A DNA stretch of 64,000 nt from contig NC_042997.1 of NCBI RefSeq assembly GCF_006345805.1, positions 16,492,001 to 16,556,000 on the forward strand. Reading direction: 5' to 3'. The translations under genes were made by a program, and so were the position numbers. The DNA is from Octopus sinensis. Taxonomy: Eukaryota. The notes below the pieces were generated by a model. It did no database searches. It was not told the DNA's origin and worked only from the letters and a program-made list of their open reading frames with translations. Of this stretch, positions 1 to 11,745 are shown piece after piece. Position 1 is the stretch's first letter; every line of letters begins with the position of its first letter.

Positions 1-377
1 GCCTATTTTTACTTCTGAGAAGAGGTGGTCCATACCAGGAGCTCATGCTCTGCTGGTACAGCACTCAAGGCCATTGAGGCACATGATCCACCATACCGCA
101 ACAAGAACTAGACATTGTGATGGATAGTTCATATTAGTGGAAGATTACAACATTACATTTGAATTGTGATTCGTTCTGAGAACGAGATAATAGTGTGTGT
201 GGTCCATGTGTATTGTTGGATGGTGAAGGAACAAGGAAGTTATGGATAAGAAATAGTGATGTGATTGTCATCAGAAAACATTGAAAACCTGCAAGCTGAT
301 GTGAATATGTGGGATATGTATTTCACTCAACTGAAACTTAACATCTGTGTACACACTCTCTCTTTCTCATGCTCATA

Positions 378-899
378 CCGTAAATCCCCAAGTATAGTCC
401 GCCCTTGAGTATAATACGCAGGGGATTTTTAGGGGGCTGTACCTCTGAAAAACCTAAACCTTGTATATAATACGCACCCCTTCTCTAACTTGAGTCGTGT
501 GTAATTAAGCCAGCAGCACCTAGTCAAACAAACACTTCCGTGCATGTGTAATACAATAATGGTGATGTTCTTAACTGTTATATGGAAATGTAAATATGTT
601 TGCAAATTGTTTTTGTTACATGTTATTCTGTGTTCTGAATACTTTTATTTTAATAAATGTTGCTTACTGCAAGTTATGGATGATTCTTTTATGACTTCAT
701 TGCTTTCAGGCTTAGCTTAATGTATTTTCGCGCCCGACATCACAAAATGCGTCTGAATAAACATTGCCAGACAGCAAATATAGACTTGGACATTGCTTAG
801 AAAATATTTTTCATTTTTAACCTCGTGTATAGTACGCACAAGGGATTTTGACCTTTAAATTTTGGGGAAAAAATGCGGATTATACTCGAGGATTTATGG
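378..899. mobile_element. Non-autonomous Tc1/mariner-superfamily (pogo/Tc2-like) DNA transposon, 522 bp
   Basis: TIRs are ccgtaaatccccaagtatagtccgc (378-402) and the reverse complement of the right end, ccataaatcctcgagtataatccgc, a 21/25 match. TA lies on both flanks (376-377, 900-901). An internal repeated motif tata(a/g)tacgca occurs near 410, 467 and 828. Confidence 0.85.
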
Positions 900-1236
900 T
901 ATATAATACATATGCATTTTGTGTATTGGACATAATGATGATATTGTGTTTGTATGATTCAAATACATAAGCATTATGTTTGTGCTACATAATGCACACA
1001 CATACATCTATTTATGCATACATTTACTTGAACAAAATTGTGTGTGTGTGTGTGCATGTATAATATAGTATATTTAGGCCAATCCATTGATTTGTTACTC
1101 TGGAGTTTCCATTGCATGCAGCTGCTTCTTTGGACAAACGAGGCTAGGTCAGTCTGACTTGTCTTAAGATACTTAAATAGACTACTGCACCCTACATTTA
1201 TAATGAGTACTTCCAGATCATTATTCAATAATGTGT

Positions 1237-1641
1237 ATGTGGCTGTGTGGTAAGTAGCTTGCTAACCAACCACATGGTTGCGGGTTCAGTCCCACTGCGT
1301 GGCATCTTGGGCAAGTGTCTTCTGCTATAGCCCCGGGCCGACCAATGCCTTGTGAGTGGATTTGGTAGACGGAAACTGAAAGAAGCCTGTCGTATATATG
1401 TATGTATATATATATGTGTGTGTGTATATGTTTGTGTGTCTGTGTTTGTTCCCCTAGCATTGCTTGACAACCAATGCTGGTGTGTTTACGTCCCCGTCAC
1501 TTAGCGGTTCGGCAAAAGAGACTGATAGAATAAGTACAGGGCTTACAAAGAATAAGTCCCGGGGTCGATTTGCTCGACTAAAGGCGGTGCTCCAGCATGG
1601 CCGCAGTCAAATGACTGAAACAAGTAAAAGAGTAAAGAGAG
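1237..1641 (+). mobile_element. SINE family A (tRNA-derived head, internal TA/TG microsatellite, CR1-like tail), near full length
   Basis: A-box-like TGGCTGTGTGG and B-box-like GGTTCAGTCCC in the head; tail gctccagcatggccgcagtcaaatgactgaaacaagtaaaagag. About 25 related copies occur in the window. Confidence 0.9.
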
Positions 1642-1719
1642 AGAGTATATGTGAGTGTGTATATATGTGTGTGTGTATAGTGTTAGGAGTCACGAGCACT
1701 TAGACGCACATGGTGATAA

Positions 1720-1865
1720 CTTCCACCTACCAAATTCAATTACAAGGCTTCGGTCGACCTGAACCTATAGCAGAGGACACTTGCCCAAAGTGCCATGCAG
1801 TGGGACTGAACCCGAAATCATGTGGCTAGAAAGCAAGCCTCCTACCCACACAGCCATGCCCACAC
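1720..1865 (-). mobile_element. SINE family A, head only, degraded
   Basis: Reverse complement of the family A head (gacacttgcccaaagtgccatgcagtgggactgaaccc). Confidence 0.75.
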
Positions 1866-1879
1866 CTACTGATGGCTGA

Positions 1880-2073
1880 CTGGCATGTAAAAACTACTCA
1901 CTACACTCTTGGGGTGGTTGGCATTATGAAGAGCATCCAGCTGTAGAAACCTTGCCAAATCAGATTGGGGCCTGGTGCAGCCTCCTGGCTTACCAGTTCG
2001 TAGTCAAACTGCAACAACACATACCAGCATGGAAAGTAGACTTTAAACAACGGCAACGATGATGATGATGATG
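1880..2073 (+). mobile_element. SINE-like family C 3' part with (GAT)n tail
   Basis: gagcatccagctgtagaaac...ccagcatggaaag...gatgatgatg matches the better copies at 30088 and 40053. Confidence 0.8.
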
Positions 2074-2747
2074 AGTGTGTAGCAAGACACACATATACTT
2101 GGAAAGATATTGTGCTTAGTCAATCAAACCTTTTCTTTTTTTCACTCCATACTTCAATATCATATTGTTTGCCAGAGTATGAATATGACAAATCACCTTG
2201 AACAACAACAATAACTTCAATACTATGGAAAATGAAATAAATATTGCCAGTATGTGATCATTTTAGTTGATAATTTCTTAAGAGCAAAAGCAAAACAACC
2301 TACAATATAAAAAAAATAATAATAAATATCCTACAAAGAAAAAAAAAAAAAAATCTCAGAAAACAGAAGATAATAATTATTGAAGAAAATCCAGTAGACT
2401 TGTAAAAGCACTAGTTTGTTGTACATGTTCTATCATGTTTGTTCAATAAAGTCTTTCAATAAAGTCTGAAGAAGGTTGATTCTATTGAAAGATTAAAGAC
2501 CTTTTTGTATTGAATCTTATTTATCTAACTTTTTTTTTATTCATGATTTATGTATTTTTTTAAGTAATTTATATATGTGTTTTTCTGTTATTTATTAAAT
2601 TTTTTTTGTATATTTTTTTTATTATTTAATATTTATTTATTGAATGAAAGTGGTTGATGAGTAGAGATGAGTTTGTTAGTTTATTTGATAATTTTATAAA
2701 GATTGCCTAATATGGTTATAAACATTCATAAATAAGATTGCTCTCCA

Positions 2748-2765
2748 TATGTGTGTGTGTATATG

Positions 2766-2799
<34 letters not shown>

Positions 2800-2953
2800 G
2801 TGTGTGTGTGTGTGTGAGTGTGCATGTATATATATATGTGTGCATGTGTATGTGCATGTGAATGTGGTATGTATATATGTATGTATATATACACTTGTGC
2901 ACTTATATATGTATATGTGTATTTATGTGTGTGTGTGTATGTATGTATGTATG

Positions 2954-3021
<68 letters not shown>

Positions 3022-3050
3022 TGTATATATGTTTATGTGTGCATACATAT
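2748..3050. repeat. Compound (TG)n/(TA)n/(TATG)n/(CA)n microsatellite
   Basis: Directly visible; it generates the CV/YI/HT-rich pseudo-ORFs in the track. Confidence 0.97.
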
Positions 3051-4142
3051 ATAATCTTCATTATTTTTTGCTGAATAACTGACAACTTTTTTCATCCCCC
3101 CCCCCAATCCTCACCCTTTGATAGATCATGTCCGGTTCGCCTGTTCTATCTCTATTGATCTTATTAGTAATGTTGATTTCCAATTAGTTACGTATTCTTT
3201 TTGTCCTTTGCTGTCCATCACGATATAGCTTTGCTATTAGCGACAAAATATTGATGTAATCTCTCACTGTTATTGTTTTTGTTGTTGTTGTTACTACGCA
3301 TTTATTGTTGTTATTTAGCCCCGGGTCAGCCCTGATGGAGCAGGCTTGTAATCAAATGCGTTCCACTGATTATCATTAAGTATGTTTAGAGGTATCAAGG
3401 ACTACATTATCTATCATTGCATCCCATCTTTTTTTTTTTTTTCGAGATTGTGTGGCCTGGTTTGAGGGAGATTTAGTTGCTATTTATAACAGATTGAGGA
3501 ACTACATAAAGGCTTCTTTGTTGACTTGGTTGTTATTATTCTTAAAGAAGTGAATGACAAATGGTAAAATATAAGTATTTTACAAAATTGCTTTGTTGTA
3601 TTTAGCTAGTTCCCGTCTCATTCTGAATTCAGATCTGACTTTAGAGTGACTTTGCTTTCCAACCATCCAATGATGATGAAATAACTATGATTACCCCACT
3701 ACTAGAAATTTGTAACTTTTGCACTAGTGTTACTTGGGACTTCTATTTGCATTTTGGGATCTGCTCATTACAACAGAATCGAGATCCTAAAACCAAGGTG
3801 CCATGTAAAAAGCATTGGTGTAGGTGCTAGTGCCATGTAAAAAACATGCAGTACACTCTTAAGTCATTGGTGTCAGGAAGGGCGTCCATTTATAGAAACC
3901 AGACCAAAATAGAGTATGGCACCTGGTGTGGCCCCTGCTGACCCTGCCAGTTCCTGTCATGTCATTCAGCCAATTCCAGCATGGAAAATAGATGTTAAAT
4001 GATCACACACATATGCATATATATACACACACACACATGTACAGGCATGCACACACATATGTAGAGAGCAAACTTATTCATTTATGAATGTTTATAACCA
4101 TATTAGGCAATATTTTATCAGATGTAGATTTAATCTGTCTGA

Positions 4143-4393
4143 ATAATTTCTTATTTATTTCTTATTTCTTTATTGCCCACAAGGGGCTAAACATAGAGGG
4201 GACAAACAAGGACAGACAAAGGGATTAAGTAGATTACATCAACCCAGTGCGTAACTGGTACTTAATTTATCAACCCCAAAAGGATGAAAGGCAAAGTCGA
4301 TCTCGGCGTAATTTGAACCCAGAACGTAATGGCAGACGAAATACCACTAAGCTTTTCACCCGGCATGCTAACGTTTCTGCCAGCTCGCTGCTT
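4143..4393 (-). mobile_element. SINE family B (tRNA-derived, Meta-like central domain)
   Basis: Reverse complement of the 63142 copy; 9-bp TSD tctgtctga at 4134-4142 and 4394-4402. Confidence 0.9.
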
Positions 4394-5040
4394 TCTGTCT
4401 GACCTATACAAGCATAGAAAAAGTAGACATTGAACAATAATGATGATACTTGGATTAATTCAATTAACTATAATTACACCACTTCTAGAAATTTGTGACT
4501 TTTGTACTTGGACTTGCATTCGCAATCTGAAATAAGTTGAACCAGCTCTAACCATTGGATTCAAATATCACTAACGGAAGTCAACTATGGCTATAGATCC
4601 ACTCTTGTGCCAGTTTAAAAAAGAATCATAATTGTTTTGGAACTTTTGATAATAAAGTTGTTGAAATTGTACAATTAGCTAATTTCTTTTTCCTACCCAT
4701 TCATGACATGCCTGTTTCTAATTTTAATTAATTAAGATTTTGGTGTTGTCAACTCATTTTGGTTATTTGAAATATAGAATTGTCACCATTGTCTGACTTG
4801 ATTAGATTTAACCTGTTGGTCATCACATTTCTAATAAAATACACTGCTTATATTCTAATTAATTTTGAAAATAATGAAAAATTTGGAGGAATTTCATAAA
4901 ATTCCGAACTTTTTCAATATTAAGTTGGGAAAGGTGACAAGGTGGCAGAATTGTCAGTGTGTAAGGGAAAATGCTAGGCAGCATTTCATTACATTCTGAG
5001 TTCATATTCCACCAAGGATGACTTTTCATCCTTTTGGGGT

Positions 5041-5261
5041 TACTCTCTTACTCTTTTACTTGTTTCAGTCACTTGACTGTGGCCATGCTAGAGCACTGCT
5101 TTTAGTCAAGCAAATTGATCCCAGGACTTATTCTTTGTAAGCCTAGTACTTATTCTATCGGTCCTTTTTGCTGAAACACTAAGTTACGGGGATGTAAACA
5201 CACCAGCATCAGTTGTCAAGTGATGTTGGGGGAACAAACACAGACACACAAACACACACAC

Positions 5262-5312
<51 letters not shown>

Positions 5313-5740
5313 CATATATATACATATATACGACGGACTTCTTTCAGTTTCTGTCTTCCAAATCCACTCACAAGGCTTTGGTCGACCCGAGGCTATAGTA
5401 GAAGTCACTTGCCCAAGGTGCCATGCAGTGGCACTGAACCCAGAACCTATTTCTATTTCTTTATTACCCACAAGGGGCTAAACACAGAGGGAACAAACAA
5501 GGACAGACATAGGTATTAAGTCGATTACATCGACCCCAGTGCGTAACTGGTACTTAGTTTATCGACCCTGAAAGGATGAAAGGCAAAGTCGACCTCGGCG
5601 GAATTTTGAACTCAGAACGTAACGCAGACGAAATACCGCTAAGCATTTCGCCTGGCGTGCTAACGATTCTACCAGCTCACCGCCTTTCTACCAGCTCACC
5701 CAGAACCATGTGGTTGGTAAGCAAGCTACTTACCACACTG
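5041..5740 (-). mobile_element. SINE family A interrupted in its head by a family B insertion
   Basis: The A tail starts at 5041. The A head resumes after the insert with atgtggttggtaagcaagctacttaccacac (about 5708-5738). Confidence 0.88.
5448..5697 (-). mobile_element. SINE family B nested in family A
   Basis: 10-bp TSD acccagaacc at 5438-5447 and 5698-5707; body matches the 63142 copy. Confidence 0.92.
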
Positions 5741-6177
5741 AAATAAATACTAAATGAGCCCTGGGGTTTATGTAATCATCTAACCTTCTTCCTTTAAATT
5801 TCAAGCATTGTGCGTATAGTGAAAAAGAATTATTAAATTAGGGTTTGGAAAATGAAAATGTTCTTAGATGGAATTATGATAGAAGGTTTTCATAAATCAA
5901 GTTTTCTGTCACAGAACCAGGGGTAGTCTGAAATATGTTGGTGTCATGATTTAAACATTGATCCTAAGGTTTAATTCCTCTCAATGAAGGGAGATTAATT
6001 AAAGTTTTCTTGTTCTTTATATTATGTGTTAGCATTTACTTTACTGATAGATTAACTACTTAACTGAGTTCAAATTTTCTCTAAGGCTAGCTTTGCCTTT
6101 CTTTAGAGTTGATTCAGAGCTGGATTAAGACTCATAAAGGCCCAAAGCACTTGAAAGATTTTGGTGCCTCGATATAT

Positions 6178-6415
6178 ATCATCATCATCATCATTGTTTA
6201 ACGTCCATTTTTCATGCAAGCATGGGTTGGATGGTTCAACCAAGGTCTGGGAAACCAGGAGGCTGCACCAGGCTCCAGTCTGATCTGGCAGTGTTTCTAC
6301 AGCTGGATGCTCTTCCTAACGCCAACCACTCCGTGAGTGTAGTGGGTGCTTTTTATGTGCCAGAGGAGGCTGGCAACAGCCATGATCGGTTGGTGCTTTT
6401 TACGTGCCACCGGTA
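6178..6415 (-). mobile_element. SINE-like family C
   Basis: (CAT)n followed by tttaacgtcc...ctacagctggatgctcttcctaacgccaaccactcc. Confidence 0.88.
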
Positions 6416-7689
6416 CGGAGATATGTAATTCAATATATAAACAATAATAAACCATAAAATAAATTTTTTTTTTCAAAGTGAAACAAAACTAACAGTAATA
6501 TGGAAAATATTTATTTTTGTATACTTCCATTTTAATTATATTTGAAAAGTTTTCTACTTTTTCAATTGCAAAGTCTTTGATCAGATCCTCACTATGACAC
6601 CACAAACTCTTCAAAATTATATTTCCAATCTTGTAAACCACTTCGAATATTATTTTAGCAAGTTTAAAGTGATTTCTTTTGTGCCATAAACCATTTACTA
6701 TTACTCTGGTGCCTCCCTTCCCTTGATGCCCTAAACACGTTTATTTTGTGTGATGGTTAATCCAGCACTGGGTTGTTTAATTACCAATGATACATGATAT
6801 GATTCACTTAGTTTTATACTTAGGCAAAAAAAATTCATGTTTTCATGTAGGCAAAAGAAATCACCATTGTTGTTGTTTAACGCTGGGTCAAGCAAACCCA
6901 TGATTAAAAGCATTTCAGCTATGACCATGATCATACGTTCATTTTCCTTTTTTTGGTAGTAGTAGTAGTGGTGGTGAGGGTAGCTAATACTACATATAAT
7001 GTGTTCTTTTGTTTTTTTGAAGACAGTGGAATGTGATTTGAAGGAAATTTGGTTGTTATTTCTAATAGGTTTGAATAACCATGTAGATGTTCATTTGCAA
7101 TCTTCCCTGTCAGCATGCTATACTGTTTATCTTCGAAGGACTAAAGGAAAATATTATATTCATTGCAGTGAGGAATAGCAGGAAGAGCATCCAGTTGTAG
7201 AAAATCTGCCTCAACGAATTACATCTGGTCCATGCTAGCATGGAAAAGTAGATGTTAAAATGATGATAATGGTGATAAACATGACATATTACTTTGCAAT
7301 CACATCATTCCAAGTTTAGTTCTGCCGTGCAGTTCCTTGGGTAAGTGTCTTTTACTATAGACTCAGTTTGATCAACATCTTATGAATAGAATTTTGGCTA
7401 TAAAATTTGTGCAAATTATATGTTTATGTCTCTGTTTATGTAAAAACTGATGCCATATATAACAAAAAAATGTAACCAGTATTCTGTCAAGAAGTATACT
7501 TTTGCAATTTGACAAGTTAAGCATTTATAGAATAAGTATCAGATTGACAAAAAAAAAAAACAACAAAAAAAAAAAAACCCCAAAACTGAGGTTTATATGA
7601 TTGACTAAGCACTTAAAGCAGTGTCCCAGCTGGGTCACACTCCAGTGATTAGAATTGATAAAAGAATGCGAGAATAATAAAATCATAAT

Positions 7690-8275
7690 TTGCACTGTGA
7701 ACTGAAATGATGACTTGAATATTTATATTTAATATATTCTGGTAGATTTTAATGCAAATATGCTAATTGATGTTGGGTACGTCACAAGAGTATAGCTTCT
7801 TTTTATGACAACATATTCATAACACACTTCACTCATTGGTGCAATGAATTCTGGGACCCTGATGTTTTGATGTGTTGTGTCTAGTCAGCCAGAAGTACCT
7901 GGGCCTTTGAATCTAAACAAGAACTGATGGCTTTGTTTATAATTTCAGTGAACGAACAATTCACTGATTAATACTGATATCTACCAACCAGTAATAAATT
8001 GTGATGTGCACTGTGAACAGTGAAATCTGAAACAATGAGTTGCACATTAATTCTTAACATGTTTTGGCAGATTCGAACACAAATAAGCTAACTGCTGTTG
8101 TGTTTGTCCCAGGAGAACAGCTCCTTTTTTTGGTGACAATATTTTCATAACACACTTGACTCATTGGTACAGGGGATTCTGGGATAATGATGTTTTGACA
8201 TGTATCTCATCAACCAGTAATACTCAAATCTTTGAGTCTTGACAAGCACTGATGGATTTGTTTATAATTTCAGCA
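7690..8275. repeat. Diverged two-unit tandem duplication, period about 316-325 bp
   Basis: Shared anchors: tgcactgtgaac (about 7691 and 8007), cataacacactt(c/g)actcattggt (7818 and 8146), and ctgatgg(c/a)tttgtttataatttcag (about 7924 and 8249). Confidence 0.8.
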
Positions 8276-8939
8276 AACTATCTGTTTGTTTTACATGTTT
8301 TATCATCCTACAATGGATTGGACAAATAAGTATTGGGGCATTGTTTTACTATCAGATATTCTCTCTGATGTTCACACATGACTCCTTTTCAAATAAGGGA
8401 TTTTTTTTTCTCATTTCACATCTTTGAAAGCACAGAGCTAGCTGATGATTTATCGACATGGAAAGGCAATAAATTTTAGTGTTTGTAACATACTGCTTTT
8501 TCATGTAAAGTGCTGAATGCAAAATATTCATGCACACACATACACAAACACACAGTTTTATCTGTCAAATTTGTTACAGTAGAAGATATGGTTCTTAGGT
8601 ACTAAACAGTAGGACTGAACCAGAAAAAACATAGTTGAAAACTGAACATCTTAACTACACAATCTTGTCTGTGCCTCAGTATCTTGACATATTTTAGTTT
8701 TCTTTCACTGTTGACATTGATAAAGTAAAAACCTAAACTAGTTATTTACATTTTTAAATATACGTGTGTGTGTGCGTGTGTGAAAAACAGATTTGGTTTC
8801 ATATATTTACATTAAGTTTCATTAAAATATAATTAGTTGTTTGTTATAAAAGAACATAAATAGTTTAATTATGTTAACATGTAAGTATTTGACAGTGTTA
8901 TGTCTTATTCACATACACACACACACACACATATAAGTA

Positions 8940-9254
8940 CATGCACATTTACACACATACAGTTCATGCACACATGTATATATATATGCATGTGTATATA
9001 GATCCATATGTGGGTGCATGTATATATATGTATAAACACATATGTATATGTATGCATGCATACATATATATGTATATGTATGCATATATATGTTTATATA
9101 TGTATATGTATGCATGCATACATATATATGTATATGTATGCATATATGTTTATATATGTATATGTATGCATGCATACATATATATGTATATGTATGCATA
9201 TATATGTTTATATATGCATATATATGTTTATATATGCATATGTATGTATATGTG

Positions 9255-9290
<36 letters not shown>

Positions 9291-9300
9291 CACATATACA
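8940..9300. repeat. Higher-order TATG/CATA microsatellite-minisatellite
   Basis: Recurring units such as gcatacatatatatgtatatgtatgcatatat. Confidence 0.95.
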
Positions 9301-9959
9301 CATGTTTGTATGTGTCTCAGATAACATTATATATTTACATGATTACACAAGTGTATTTTAGGAAACCCTAAGTCTGTGGATAGCTGTTAGCCTTTTGGGC
9401 AGATTTATTTATTAAAATCTAATCCCTTTATTTTGTTTGCTTGTCTTGTTTTCTTGGAGTGGCTGTTATTTCACAGCATTTTACACCTTCTGTGAGGTAT
9501 TTTTGTTGTTGCTGTTGTTTTTATTGATACTTTTTCTTTTAATTTAAACAAATTTAGTCTTTCTGGTTTTGTTTACTTGCGTCTGGCTATATGTGTGTTG
9601 AACAGTTAACAAAGTGTTTATGTGCATATATATATATATATAATATATATATATATAGTGTGAGAGAGGCATTTGTGTGTGTGGGTGTATATGTTTCAAA
9701 GTCTATATGTTGTTATATGCTAATAGTTTCGTGAACTTGTAAGCGTATAGATGGAAAGGTGAAATGGTAATATCAGAATAATTACAGCTGAAACGACAAT
9801 ACAAATAATCTTAATTAAAATCCTTCCATGTTGATTCTTGTGTAGTGAGTATTGAAAGACAGAGACATACATACAGCTAGTGTTAGAGAGATGATCATTC
9901 TCCTGCAGAAGTAAACATGAAAACTAACCATATCCATGTTAGTCTTATATTCTTTCTAA

Positions 9960-10125
9960 TTTTGGCACTAAGCTAGCAATTTTGAGGGGAGGGGAAGTCG
10001 ATTATGTCGACCCTGAAGGGATGAAAAGTAAAGTTGATCTTGGCAGAATTTGAATTCAGAATCTAAAGAACTCAAAGAAATGCTTCTGACATTTTGTCTG
10101 ATGCTAACAACTCTGCCAGTTTGCC
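9960..10125 (-). mobile_element. SINE family B variant (B2 tail), degraded
   Basis: tttggcac...gcaattttgaggggagggg...gatgaaaagtaaagttgatcttggcagaatttgaattcag. Confidence 0.7.
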
Positions 10126-10155
10126 ACCATAGTATATATATATATATATATATAT

Positions 10156-10200
<45 letters not shown>

Positions 10201-10208
10201 TATATATG

Positions 10209-10981
10209 TATGGTCTGATTAATAAGTATCCGGACTGTTGCCATAGTAACGAAGCTAAAGCATGCAGAGTTAAGCTGCTTGGCACGGATTGACAGATAGA
10301 AGTTTTAACATTCTAGCTCACTTCTGCTGTATACAGCAGTGTTTGGAAGGAACACGTGTAGCATGTGATCATCGCATTGACCTTTAATCTGCATCAAATT
10401 TTGCCAAAAGGTTGGTAATACTTGCTCAGAGGCCTTATGCAAAGTTGCAGAAAGTGTAGGGAGAGGAGTGGCTGAGCCAAAAAAATTTCGATAGTAACAA
10501 ACGTTCTGGGAGACCTGCAACCAACAGATCTGAGAAAAATATCGCAGATGTGCATGCAGCTGTGAGGGGGGAATTGTTGACTTGCCAGCTGTGAGTTTTC
10601 AGAGGATGTGCAGATTAGTTACGGTTCAGTTCAGTCCATTATCACTAAAGATTTGGGTATGAGATGCGTGTCTGCCAAGTTTGTGCCAAAACTGCTTTCA
10701 GCTGAAAATGCACCTGCCCATTCTGTGCAGCTTGTGCACAAGTTTCTGGCTTGGCACAGCATTCCCCAAGTCTAACAGCCACTGTATTCTGCAGATCTTG
10801 TCTCTTGGGACTTTTTCCTCTTTCCAAACATCATATCCCGCTTGGAAGGAAGAAGATTTCAGACGTCGAGGAAATCAAGTGAATGCAACAAGGCAGCTGC
10901 TGATTATCCCAGAAAATGAGTTCCAGGAAAGCTTCCATCAATGGAAACAGTGCTGGATTATGTGTGTGGCTTCTGAAGGGG
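10209..10981 (+). mobile_element. Mariner (DD34D) transposon remnant, internally deleted, with stops and frameshifts
   Basis: Hand translation gives CIKFCQKVG (HTH), SYGSVQSIITKDLGMRCVSAKFVPKLL, NAPAH, QPLYSADLVSWDFFLFPN (the YSPDLAP.DF motif) and EFQESFHQWKQCWIMCVASEG. A left TIR-like tggtctgattaataagtatccggactg follows a TA. Confidence 0.9.
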
Positions 10982-11024
10982 TCGATTCCCTGACTTCGAC
11001 TCCACAGCCCTGGTTCCAGAATCA

Positions 11025-11745
11025 CAATCAATGTGTGAGCTGGGAATGACATGAGTAGTAGTGCAGCCTTCCATGTGCATATTGCTAAGTTGGCAATGGA
11101 ATACAGGTTGCTGACCGGATGAATCCTTAGAAACTTCAGAATGAAAGTAGGAATGCATGATGGTCCTCTGAAGGACCTTTGTCTTTGCTATTGCTCCCAA
11201 TCATAGTCACTACATAGCATGAAATTAAAGAAGATAGCCTCAATGCAACAAATCAGCTACTGGAAAAGACTCAAGGTGTTGACTCTTTACTCTGTAGTGA
11301 AAACAAGAAAGATATGCTGCAATATACTTCTGGAAGATCCTAGAAGGACATATCCCAAACTTTAGTGTTGAAAGTTGTACAAACACCAGAACAGGGTGCC
11401 ATTGCATAGTGCCTAGAATTCCTTCCTTGCTGTCAAAATACAAACCAGATACTGAAATAACTTGCAATTTAAGGTCACACAGCTTTTCAATATTTTCAAA
11501 AAGGAGCTGAGAGACTTACATGGTGCAGATGTAGATGTCTTCAAAACTAAGCTGGATCTCCTTCTGTCAAGAATCCCAGATGTGCCAACTTAACAGCAGA
11601 AAATGGGAAATAGGGCAGCAGCATCAAATTCCCTCAGTTGCAAAATGCCAACTATTAAAGGAGGATTAATGAAGGCGTGGCAATACCAGTTGTTGTTGCT
11701 CCAGCATGGTCACAGCCCTTGGCTAGAAACTAAAAAAGAAAAAAA
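11025..11745 (+). mobile_element. CR1-type LINE, 5'-truncated 3' end of ORF2 plus 3' UTR
   Basis: Hand translation gives KKIASMQQISYWKRLKVLTLYS, QERYAAIYFWKILEGHIPNF, FKTKLDLLLSRIPDVPT and RAAASNSL. The 3' end is gctccagcatggtcacagcccttggctagaaac plus an A-rich tail. Confidence 0.85.

Noticed and set aside
2694-3085. ORFs rich in CV/YI/HT dipeptides (also 8909-9361, 33573-33938, 47641-48296 and others)
   Set aside because: They are translations of (TG)n/(TA)n/(CA)n microsatellites, which lack stop codons.
7858-7930. C/D-box snoRNA pair in the tandem duplication (also 8186-8254)
   Set aside because: The C box is degenerate (TGATGT), there is no terminal stem, and no guide complementarity was recognised.
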